A stretch of 64,000 nt of DNA from the NCBI GenBank assembly GCA_022508345.1, contig JAFLVK010000001.1, positions 597,841 through 661,840 on the forward strand, in the 5' to 3' direction. Of this stretch, positions 1 through 7,565 are shown one piece after another; positions within the stretch are counted from its first letter, which is position 1, and each line of letters starts with the position of its first letter. The notes beneath the pieces are model-generated. The model did no database searches. It was not told where the DNA came from and worked only from the letters and a program-made list of their open reading frames with translations. Both the position numbers and the translations under genes were made by a program. Source of the DNA: Clostridiales bacterium. GTDB taxonomy: Bacteria > Bacillota > Clostridia > Christensenellales > CAG-314.

Positions 1-2301
1 CACTGGTACAATTACGGCCTGACGGACAGTTTCGCGCGTTACCAAATAATGAAAGGCAAAAACGTATTTCAGCCCATGGGCTTTGACGCGTTCGGCTTGC
101 CTGCGGAAAACTACGCGATAAAAACAGGCGTTCACCCCGAGGATTCAACTCTCCACAACATCGAGGTAATGGAGACCCAGCTCAAAAACATCGGCGCAAT
201 GTTCGATTGGGATCACGAGATAAAAACTTGTCTGCCCGAGTACTACCGTTGGACGCAGTGGATATTTGCCGAGCTGTTCAAGCGCGGGCTGGCGTATCGC
301 AAAAAGGCGCCCGTCAACTGGTGTCCCAGCTGTAATACGGTGCTTGCCAATGAGCAGGTAGTGGACGGTCACTGCGAACGCTGCGACAGCCAGGTAGTGA
401 AAAAGGACTTGACGCAATGGTTCTTTAAAATTACCGACTACGCAGAGGAGCTGCTTCAAGGCTTGGACAACCTGGATTGGCCGGAAAAGACCAAGGCTAT
501 GCAACGCAACTGGATTGGCAAGAGCACCGGCGGCGAAATTGTCTTTGACCTGGCATACAGAAAGGACAGCAAGAAAAAGGGCAGCTTTAAGGTGTTTACC
601 ACGCGCGCAGATACGTTGTTCGGTTGTACCTACGTAGTACTTGCGCCCGAGCATGAGTTGGTGGCAAAAATAACCACACCCAAGCACAAGGCTGAAGTGC
701 AAGCATATATTGAAGAAGTTGCAAAGACCAATGAAATCGAACGTCTGTCCACCGCGAAAGAGAAAACAGGTGTGTTTACAGGTGCTTATGCAATCAACCC
801 CATCAACGGCGAAAAGGTGCAGGTGTGGATAGGCGATTACGTACTTGCCAGCTACGGCACAGGCGCTGTTATGGGTGTTCCGTCGCATGACGCACGCGAC
901 TACAAGTTTGCAGTAAAACACGGCTTGAAAATCAAGCGCGTAATCAAGGGCGCAACGGCTGACGTAGACGACAGCTTGCCTTTCTGCGAATACGGCGTAA
1001 TGGTAAACAGTGGCGAATTCGACGGCATGGCAAGTGAAGAGGGCAAGGTCGCCGTAGTGGAAAAGCTGGCTGGCATGGGCAAAGGTGAGTTGAAAACAAA
1101 CTACCGTTTGCGCGATTGGCTTGTATCCCGTCAGCGTTACTGGGGCGCACCTATCCCCATCATTCACTGCCCGCACTGTGGCGAAGTGCTTGACGAGAAC
1201 CTGCCCGTAAGGTTACCCTACGACGTGGAATTCCGCCCCGACGGTACAAGTCCGCTTGCTAAACACGACAAGTTCATACATGACGTCAAGTGTCCCAAGT
1301 GCGGTGCTGCCGCTCAACGCGACCCCGACACGCTGGATACATTTGTGTGCAGCAGCTGGTACTACCTGCGTTATCCCGATGCCAACAACAGCGACAAGCC
1401 ATTCGACACCGAGTGGATAGACAAGATGCTGCCCGTTGACAAATACGTCGGCGGTGCAGAGCACGCATGCATGCACCTGCTGTACGCGCGCTTCATTACC
1501 AAGGCGCTGCGCGACATGGGTTATCTGCATTTCGACGAGCCCTTCAAGTCGCTTGTTCACCAAGGCGTAATTTTGGGTCCGGACGGCAACCGCATGAGTA
1601 AATCTCACGGCAATGTTGTTTCCCCCGACGATTACGTCAACACTTACGGCGCGGATGTGTTCAGGTGTTACTTGGCGTTTGGCTTCCGTTACATCGAGGG
1701 CGGTCCGTGGTCGGAGGACGGTATCAAGGCAATCAACAAGTGGCTGGACAGAGTGGAAAGATACTACCTCACAGCCTATGGCGAATATCCCACTACCGAC
1801 AGCATGGGCAAGGAGGAAAAAGAGCTCAACCGAGTGCGCCACGCAACAATCAAGGCAGTGGACGCCGACTATCAGGAATTCTCATTCAATACAGCTGTTG
1901 CCCGCATGATGGAGCTTGTAAACGCCATTGCCAAGTACGATCAATTGCCCGTCAAGAACATGGCGTTGTATCGCGCAACAGTAGACGATTTGCTGAAATT
2001 GCTTTGCCCGCTTGCTCCGCATTTCACGGAAGAACTGTGGAGTTCCACAGGACACAGCGGTAGCATAGTGGTTTCCGCATTCCCCACCTACGACGAGGCT
2101 GCGTTAAAGGTTGCCGAGACGGAAATTCTTGTGCAATTTAACAGCCGTCCCAAGGTGCGCTTGACGGTAGATGCGACATTAACCCCTGCCCAGCTGGAAC
2201 AAGAAATCCTTACAGATGCGCAGGTTGTACAGGCCCTTGCAGGCGCAACGCCCAAAAAAGTTATAGTTATACCCGGCAGATTAGTGAATATAATTGTGTA
2301 A
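1..2301 (+). CDS. leuS: leucine--tRNA ligase, 5' end cut by window edge
   Basis: Frame is open from nt 1 ([19 protein letters not shown]...). LeuRS hallmarks: [19 protein letters not shown], zinc-type CPSC..CERC, KMSKS region as NRMSKSHGN. Confidence 0.95.
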   Translation, partial: HWYNYGLTDSFARYQIMKGKNVFQPMGFDAFGLPAENYAIKTGVHPEDSTLHNIEVMETQLKNIGAMFDWDHEIKTCLPEYYRWTQWIFAELFKRGLAYRKKAPVNWCPSCNTVLANEQVVDGHCERCDSQVVKKDLTQWFFKITDYAEELLQGLDNLDWPEKTKAMQRNWIGKSTGGEIVFDLAYRKDSKKKGSFKVFTTRADTLFGCTYVVLAPEHELVAKITTPKHKAEVQAYIEEVAKTNEIERLSTAKEKTGVFTGAYAINPINGEKVQVWIGDYVLASYGTGAVMGVPSHDARDYKFAVKHGLKIKRVIKGATADVDDSLPFCEYGVMVNSGEFDGMASEEGKVAVVEKLAGMGKGELKTNYRLRDWLVSRQRYWGAPIPIIHCPHCGEVLDENLPVRLPYDVEFRPDGTSPLAKHDKFIHDVKCPKCGAAAQRDPDTLDTFVCSSWYYLRYPDANNSDKPFDTEWIDKMLPVDKYVGGAEHACMHLLYARFITKALRDMGYLHFDEPFKSLVHQGVILGPDGNRMSKSHGNVVSPDDYVNTYGADVFRCYLAFGFRYIEGGPWSEDGIKAINKWLDRVERYYLTAYGEYPTTDSMGKEEKELNRVRHATIKAVDADYQEFSFNTAVARMMELVNAIAKYDQLPVKNMALYRATVDDLLKLLCPLAPHFTEELWSSTGHSGSIVVSAFPTYDEAALKVAETEILVQFNSRPKVRLTVDATLTPAQLEQEILTDAQVVQALAGATPKKVIVIPGRLVNIIV

Positions 2302-2351
2302 CAAAAGCTGCTGTGTATTCATAATTTGACAAGTACAAGGAGAAGCATCAC

Positions 2352-3260
2352 ATGAATTTCAGAAAGGAAGCGCAGTTACTTGGCATAGGCAACACTCCGC
2401 TCATTCCCTACGAGGAAGATTTCGACGCGGACATATATATCAAAAACGAAGGCATGAACGCCAGCGGTAGCGTAAAGGACAGAGCAGCGCTGGGTATGAT
2501 ACTCGACGCTGAAGAGAAGGGGCTGCTACACAAAGGCGATACAATAATTGAAGCAACAAGCGGAAACATGGGTATTGCGCTTGCTTACGTTGGTATCAAG
2601 CGTGGCTACAAGGTGCTGTTGACCATGCCGGAAACAATGACTGTAGAGCGCCGACAGATACTGCAAGGCTTGGGCGCACAGCTGGTGCTTACCGAGGGCA
2701 AACTGGGCATGAAGGGCGCAATAGAAGCAGTTGAGCAGTACTCAACCAAGAAAGGACACGTGTGGCTCAAGCAGTTTGAAAATAGCGCCAACGTAACCGC
2801 TCACTACCTGTCCACAGGTGCAGAGATACTGGAGCAGATTGACAGCGTTGACGTAATTGTTGCAGGTGTCGGTACAGGCGGAACACTTATCGGCACAGGC
2901 AGACGTATTCGCGAACAGTTCCCCGATGTGGAAATTGTAGCAGTGGAGCCCGCATCCAGCCCCGTTATATCCCGTGGCGAAAAGGGAGCGCACAAAATTC
3001 AAGGTATAGGCGCAGGCTTTGTTACGGCACTGTACGACCGTGAGCTTGTAAACCGCGTTGAACTTGTTACCGACGAGCAGGCCCTTGAAATGTTCAAAAT
3101 ACTCAACCTCAAGCAGGGATATTGCTGCGGAATTTCGTCGGCTGCCAACATTGTTGCCGCTATTCGCATTGCGCAGGACCCTGCCTACGTCGGCAAAAAA
3201 ATCGTCACCTTCTTCCCCGATGGCGACGACAGATACGGTTCGGTGCTTAATGCTAAATAA
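2352..3260 (+). CDS. cysK: cysteine synthase A (O-acetylserine sulfhydrylase), PLP-dependent
   Basis: 302 aa. Motifs SGSVKDRAALGMI (PLP lysine) and GVGTGGTLIG. RBS aaggaga upstream. Confidence 0.85.
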   Translation: MNFRKEAQLLGIGNTPLIPYEEDFDADIYIKNEGMNASGSVKDRAALGMILDAEEKGLLHKGDTIIEATSGNMGIALAYVGIKRGYKVLLTMPETMTVERRQILQGLGAQLVLTEGKLGMKGAIEAVEQYSTKKGHVWLKQFENSANVTAHYLSTGAEILEQIDSVDVIVAGVGTGGTLIGTGRRIREQFPDVEIVAVEPASSPVISRGEKGAHKIQGIGAGFVTALYDRELVNRVELVTDEQALEMFKILNLKQGYCCGISSAANIVAAIRIAQDPAYVGKKIVTFFPDGDDRYGSVLNAK

Positions 3261-3370
3261 TTCAAAATAACTGAAAAAAAACTGAAGAAATTTTACTGTT
3301 ATGCTATTGACAAAATAAATAAAAGGTTTACAATATATTTAACAATTATTTAATAAAAGGAGAAAAACCC

Positions 3371-3787
3371 ATGAAAAAATTTGCAAAAATAATGGCAGTT
3401 GCTCTTGTAGCAGTTATGGCATTGGCAGTACTTGTTGCTTGCGGTCCCAACAGTGACCCCGATAAGGCAATTGCTGCACTCAAGAAAAACGAATACACAG
3501 CGGCTAAAGATACACTAATCGTTCCTATCGCTCTCAAGGGTCTTGGCGTAAATGGCGTTGATTGTGCTGTTAGCGGTTCTAAGACTGTAAAAGATGGCGA
3601 CAAATCCAAGCTTGAAACAGTTACAATCGTTTACTTCGCCGATGCAGCAGCTGCTAAGGACGCTTTCTCAAAGGTAGAAGAATACGCAAATGATCAAAAC
3701 AAAGATAAGGATTCCGATTGGACCGTTAAGCAATCCGGCGCAATGATTTACTGGGGAACCAGCGCTGCAATCAAGGCTGCTAGATAA
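3371..3787 (+). CDS. small secreted lipoprotein, function unknown
   Basis: 138 aa. Signal peptide with lipobox LVAC-G. RBS aaaggaga. Followed by an intrinsic terminator. Confidence 0.7.
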   Translation: MKKFAKIMAVALVAVMALAVLVACGPNSDPDKAIAALKKNEYTAAKDTLIVPIALKGLGVNGVDCAVSGSKTVKDGDKSKLETVTIVYFADAAAAKDAFSKVEEYANDQNKDKDSDWTVKQSGAMIYWGTSAAIKAAR

Positions 3788-3811
3788 TTGCATTTAAATT
3801 TACAGTTAAAA

Positions 3812-3842
3812 GAACTCCAACGCAATGTTGGGGTTCTTTTTT
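3812..3842 (+). terminator. intrinsic terminator
   Basis: 10-bp stem gaactccaac/gttggggttc, 5-nt loop, then a T-run. Confidence 0.8.
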
Positions 3843-3884
3843 GCCCTGTGGGGGATAGCGATAGTATGACTGAGGGGCTGTTTG

Positions 3885-3913
3885 TTGACACTTGAATTTA
3901 TATATGATACAAT
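3885..3913 (+). promoter_or_regulatory. sigma-A type promoter for the trpS operon
   Basis: TTGACA, 17-nt spacer, extended -10 TGaTACAAT. About 35 nt upstream of the trpS ATG, so there is no room for a T-box leader. Confidence 0.6.
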
Positions 3914-3947
3914 TTACAATACCACTAGTATGTAACAGAGGTCGGTT

Positions 3948-4955
3948 ATGGACGAAGTTATTAAAAAAAGAGTATTTTCGGGCGTGCAACCCACAGGCAA
4001 GGTAACGCTGGGCAACTATCTGGGTGCAATTCGCAACTGGAAGCCCTTGCAGGAGGAGTACGACTGCCTGTACTGCGTTGTGGACTTGCATTCCTTGACA
4101 GTTACGCAAGTACCTGCCGAGCTTCGCAAAAACACAATGGATCTTGTTGCACTTTACATCGCTTGCGGAATTGACCCGTCGAAAAGCGCGCTGTTTATTC
4201 AGTCGCATGTGCACGAGCATGCCGAGCTGGCTTGGATATTGGATACCATTGCGTACGTCGGCGAGCTTAACCGCATGACTCAGTTCAAGGATAAATCAAG
4301 GAAGCACGCGGATAATATAAACATGGGGCTCATGAACTATCCTGTGCTTATGGCAAGCGACATTTTGCTGTATCAAACGGATGTGGTGCCCGTAGGCAAG
4401 GACCAGGTTCAGCACTTGGAATTGGCAAGGGATATTGCTCAGCGTTTTAACGCGCGCTACTCCGACACGTTTGTAGTTCCCGAGGGGCTGCTCAGCAAAA
4501 GCGGACAAAGCATCAAGAGCCTGCAAGACCCCGGTGCCAAGATGTCCAAGTCCGACCCCAATGACAACGCGCTCATTTCGTTGACCGACGATGCCGACAC
4601 AATCAGGCGCAAGCTTAGGAGAGCCGTCACGGACAGCGACACCTGCGTACGCCACGGTGCGGACAAGCCTGCAATTACCAACCTACTCAACATCTACACA
4701 TTGTGCAGCGGGCTGAGCATTGCAGATGCGGAAAAGACATTTGAGGGCAAGGGCTACGGCGAATTTAAGGATGCAGTAGCGGATGCAGTTATTTCCGTAG
4801 TGGAGCCCATTCAAGCGGAGCAAAAGCGACTTCTTAGAGACAAAGCGTATCTTGAAAGCGTATTGAAGCAGGGCGCAGACAAAGCATCGTATCTTGCGCA
4901 AAAAACCTTAAGTAAGGTGTACCGCAAGATTGGTCTTATACCGCGTATCAGATAA
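3948..4955 (+). CDS. trpS: tryptophan--tRNA ligase
   Basis: 335 aa. Class I motifs SGVQPTGKVTLGNYLGA and GAKMSKSD. Confidence 0.92.
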   Translation: MDEVIKKRVFSGVQPTGKVTLGNYLGAIRNWKPLQEEYDCLYCVVDLHSLTVTQVPAELRKNTMDLVALYIACGIDPSKSALFIQSHVHEHAELAWILDTIAYVGELNRMTQFKDKSRKHADNINMGLMNYPVLMASDILLYQTDVVPVGKDQVQHLELARDIAQRFNARYSDTFVVPEGLLSKSGQSIKSLQDPGAKMSKSDPNDNALISLTDDADTIRRKLRRAVTDSDTCVRHGADKPAITNLLNIYTLCSGLSIADAEKTFEGKGYGEFKDAVADAVISVVEPIQAEQKRLLRDKAYLESVLKQGADKASYLAQKTLSKVYRKIGLIPRIR

Positions 4956-5803
4956 TGTTTGGATATTTAGACATAGAAAAGGACAAACTTGTACAGGAGC
5001 GTGGCTTGTGGCAAACATTTATGTGCGGCTTGTGTTTTTCCACCAAAAAGCTGTACGGCGACTATCCTCGCATGTTTATAAGTAACGACGTCAACTTTTT
5101 CAACGTACTGTTCCACAGTGTAACAAATGCCGACGTGTCGGTTACAAACAAGAGGTGCTTTTCGCACCCGATACGCGCAAGGTCGGTGCTGGACACAACG
5201 GAGCTTACAGACAAGCTGTCCGTTGCAAACGTGCTGTTGACCTACTGGAACATCTACGACGATACAATTGACGGTGGCAGTGTAAAGAAAAGCTGCGCGC
5301 TTCGCTTGTTCCGCAAGTCCTACCGCAAGGCGAAAAACAACTTCCCCGAGCTGGACGAAATGCTAGCCAGGCGTTACGGAGAGCTACGCGAACTGGAACA
5401 AAGCCAATGCGGAAGTATCGACCGTGTAGCGCACGACTTTGCCGAGCTTAGCCGAGACTTCGCCGTGCTGGTGCTGGGCGAGCAGGCAAGTGAACACCTG
5501 CAAACGCTGTGCTACAACCTTGGCAAGTGGATATATCTCATTGACGCGCTGGACGACGTGGAAAAGGACATCAAACGCCACAATTACAATCCGTTTGTAT
5601 CCTGCTACGGCGCAAAACACGCTAGCGACCTCAAGGCGAAATACGACGATATAAGTTTTGAAATGTACGCTGTGTTAAACCGCATTGCGCAGTCATATAA
5701 TGACCTGAATTTAACAAAATACACTTGTATATTAAATAACGTACTGTTTGACAGTATCCGCAACAAAACCAAGCAAATATTGACTAGATATAAAACGGAG
5801 TAA
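4955..5803 (+). CDS. conserved hypothetical protein (DUF5685-like from memory)
   Basis: 282 aa. ATG overlaps the trpS stop (TAATG). N-terminal CGLCFSTKK motif. I recognise no catalytic motif. Confidence 0.5.
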   Translation: MFGYLDIEKDKLVQERGLWQTFMCGLCFSTKKLYGDYPRMFISNDVNFFNVLFHSVTNADVSVTNKRCFSHPIRARSVLDTTELTDKLSVANVLLTYWNIYDDTIDGGSVKKSCALRLFRKSYRKAKNNFPELDEMLARRYGELRELEQSQCGSIDRVAHDFAELSRDFAVLVLGEQASEHLQTLCYNLGKWIYLIDALDDVEKDIKRHNYNPFVSCYGAKHASDLKAKYDDISFEMYAVLNRIAQSYNDLNLTKYTCILNNVLFDSIRNKTKQILTRYKTE

Positions 5804-5805
5804 CA

Positions 5806-6423
5806 ATGATTTACAACGCATACGAAATATTGGGCTTAACTGAATCTGCTACAATGGAGGAAGTGGAAGCCCGCTATCAGGAGCTGCGCGCTAAATTGCA
5901 ACGCGACAGATTTCTGCCCGGCGACGAGGGTGAAGAAGCATCGGAAAAGCTTCAACAGCTGGAAGTAGCCTACCGCGACATCAAGCTGCAGCAGGAAGAG
6001 CAGCAACAGACGGAAAAGTTCACTGAGGACGCCGACTACAAAACAATTCAGGAGCTGGTAACATCCGGCAATCTGGACGAAGCGCAAAAGCTACTGGACG
6101 AACGCACAACTCGCGATGCCGAGTGGCACTACATTCAGTCCATACTGTTTTACAAGCGCAATTGGTTTTTGGAAAGCAAAACTCAGTTGGAGCTTGCCTG
6201 TCAGATGGAGCCGGACAACATCCGCTACAAGCAAAGCCTGGAAAAGCTGACGAAAATACTTGCCAGCAATACAATCAGCCCCGATCAACTGCGCACCGGT
6301 TCACGCCCTGTGGACGGTGAGCAACAGTACGGTTACGGCAACGGCTCTTGCACAGGCAGCAACTGTCTTGACTGTTTGCTGTGCAACATGTGCTGTAACT
6401 GCTGTATGCGTGGTGGCTGTTAA
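5806..6423 (+). CDS. J-domain-like protein lacking HPD, with TPR-like middle and Cys-rich C-terminal tail
   Basis: 205 aa. N-terminus YEILGL..EEVEARYQELRAKL resembles J-domain helices, but the HPD position reads QRDRF. Tail is GSCTGSNCLDCLLCNMCCNCCMRGGC. Confidence 0.55.
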   Translation: MIYNAYEILGLTESATMEEVEARYQELRAKLQRDRFLPGDEGEEASEKLQQLEVAYRDIKLQQEEQQQTEKFTEDADYKTIQELVTSGNLDEAQKLLDERTTRDAEWHYIQSILFYKRNWFLESKTQLELACQMEPDNIRYKQSLEKLTKILASNTISPDQLRTGSRPVDGEQQYGYGNGSCTGSNCLDCLLCNMCCNCCMRGGC

Positions 6424-7058
6424 TGAACAAAGCAAAGCTAATTGCTACAAGCGCAGTGTGCAGCGCGGTGGCGGCAGTGTGCTTGCTACTTGCAAGCGTG
6501 TTTCCCTACGGCGTGCTGGTTTACGCTGTGATAGCATCCATAGCGGTGGCAATGCCGTTGCTGATTGACGGACGGAACTTGACATACTCGCTATTGGTGT
6601 ATGCCGCAAGCCTGGTGGTGGGTGCTCTTAGCGGAACGCTAATCGGAAATATAATATCCGTTGCGCCCATTGTAATTTTTTGCTTGCCATTTGCTATCGT
6701 CAAGGTGTACGGCGAAACACTCAAGGTGACTGCAAGGGTGGAGCACACCGAAACGCTGGAAGACCCATTCGGACAGGGAGACGACAGGCAGGTTGTGGCA
6801 GTGCAATTCAACGGAGAAAAGCGCTTGCCAACTGCCGTTAAATGGATACTTTACTACGTACTGCTGGAGTTGGGTGTAGGACTGACGTTGCTTGTAACCT
6901 ATTACCTTACGCCCACGGTTATCGAAAGGGTGTACAGTACGGAATGGCTGTTTTGGTTGCTTGTTGCAGCGGCGCAGCTGATTGTTCCGCTGTACGACCT
7001 GCTACTGCACGGTTGCCTTATCGGCGCAGTTAAAGCAATGAAAAGAGTTATCAAGTAG
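6423..7058 (+). CDS. polytopic membrane protein, function unknown
   Basis: 211 aa. ATG overlaps the upstream stop (TAATG). Several hydrophobic spans flank a charged central loop. Confidence 0.6.
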   Translation: MNKAKLIATSAVCSAVAAVCLLLASVFPYGVLVYAVIASIAVAMPLLIDGRNLTYSLLVYAASLVVGALSGTLIGNIISVAPIVIFCLPFAIVKVYGETLKVTARVEHTETLEDPFGQGDDRQVVAVQFNGEKRLPTAVKWILYYVLLELGVGLTLLVTYYLTPTVIERVYSTEWLFWLLVAAAQLIVPLYDLLLHGCLIGAVKAMKRVIK

Positions 7059-7157
7059 TCGATTTTGCGTTTAGTGGCGTAAAACTGTTGACAAAATGGA
7101 TAAATTGAGTTATTATAGTCAAGCATTGAAGAGATGAGCTCAGTGCCAATTTAATAT

Positions 7158-7235
7158 CGCGGGGTAGAGCAGTCCGGTAGCTCATCGGGCTCATAACCCG
7201 AAGGTCGTGTGGTTCAAATCCCGCCCCCGCAACCA
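7158..7235 (+). tRNA. initiator tRNA-Met (CAU), CCA encoded
   Basis: Cloverleaf readable by eye. C1:A72 mismatch (cgcgggg/ccccgca) and three G-C pairs closing the anticodon stem (tcggg CTCATAA cccga), both initiator hallmarks. The 5' T-stem strand has 6 nt (gtgtgg) against 5 (cccgc). Confidence 0.85.
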
Positions 7236-7240
7236 GTGAA

Positions 7241-7270
7241 AGTACCAAGTTGAAGCTTGGTACTTTTTTT
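7241..7270 (+). terminator. intrinsic terminator after tRNA-fMet
   Basis: 9-bp stem agtaccaag/cttggtact followed by T7. Confidence 0.8.
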
Positions 7271-7287
7271 GACTGCTCTACCCCGCG
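7271..7287 (-). repeat. perfect inverted copy of tRNA-fMet nt 1-17
   Basis: gactgctctaccccgcg is the reverse complement of 7158-7174 (17/17). Confidence 0.95.
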
Positions 7288-7299
7288 ATGCAGAAGTGT

Positions 7300-7510
7300 G
7301 AGCAGTCCGGTAGCTCCTCAGCCGAGGCACAACGTGCCGACCGCCACGAGCGAAGCGAGTATCGGGCTCCTCAGCCGAGCGCGAAGCGCGACCGCCACGG
7401 AGCGTAAGCGGAGTATAACCCGAAGGTCGTGTGGTGACGGAATTGATTGCGTAGCAAATCCAATTCCGTCGCAACATCGTTGCCTCTTGCAAATCCCGCC
7501 CCCGCAACCA
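7300..7510 (+). pseudogene. tRNA-fMet-derived mosaic (pseudo-tRNA or tRNA-like structured RNA) with three insertions
   Basis: 7300-7316, 7361-7369, 7415-7435 and 7491-7510 are identical to tRNA segments 7167-7183, 7184-7192, 7193-7213 and 7216-7235. Insertions lie at 7317-7360, 7370-7414 and 7436-7490. Confidence 0.8.
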
Positions 7511-7511
7511 A

Positions 7512-7556
7512 TTAATTGACCCCTCAACCTTAAATATGACTGAGGGGCTAATTAAT
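7512..7556 (-). terminator. hairpin downstream of the DUF262 gene (weak terminator / islet boundary)
   Basis: cccctca/tgagggg stem inside an imperfect 16-bp inverted repeat (attaattgacccctca / tgaggggctaattaat). There is no strong T-run. Confidence 0.4.
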
Positions 7557-7565
7557 ATTTACATT

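Noticed and set aside
145-1176. Long antisense ORFs inside leuS (343 aa). Similar ones lie opposite other genes: 10463-11581, 41052-41963, 42132-42893 and 52808-53782.
   Set aside because: Each lies fully opposite a gene with strong family motifs. They have no RBS and no recognisable motifs, and their amino-acid composition is odd (Cys/His/Val-rich). They are most simply explained by sense-strand codon usage avoiding antisense stops.
3865-3879. 15-nt identical string tatgactgaggggct shared with 7535-7549. A shorter atgactgagg occurs at 55391.
   Set aside because: Exact 14-15-mers are expected a few times by chance in 64 kb on both strands. The flanks do not align.
3788-3947. Possible T-box leader upstream of trpS.
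   Set aside because: Only about 35 nt lie between the predicted -10 element and the ATG. No specifier-loop or T-box (AAnnnGGGTGGnACC-like) sequence is seen.
7214-7527. ORFs of 69-97 aa on both strands across the tRNA mosaic.
   Set aside because: They overlap a tRNA and tRNA-derived repeats, are Arg/Ser/Pro-rich translations of GC-rich repeat DNA, and have no RBS.
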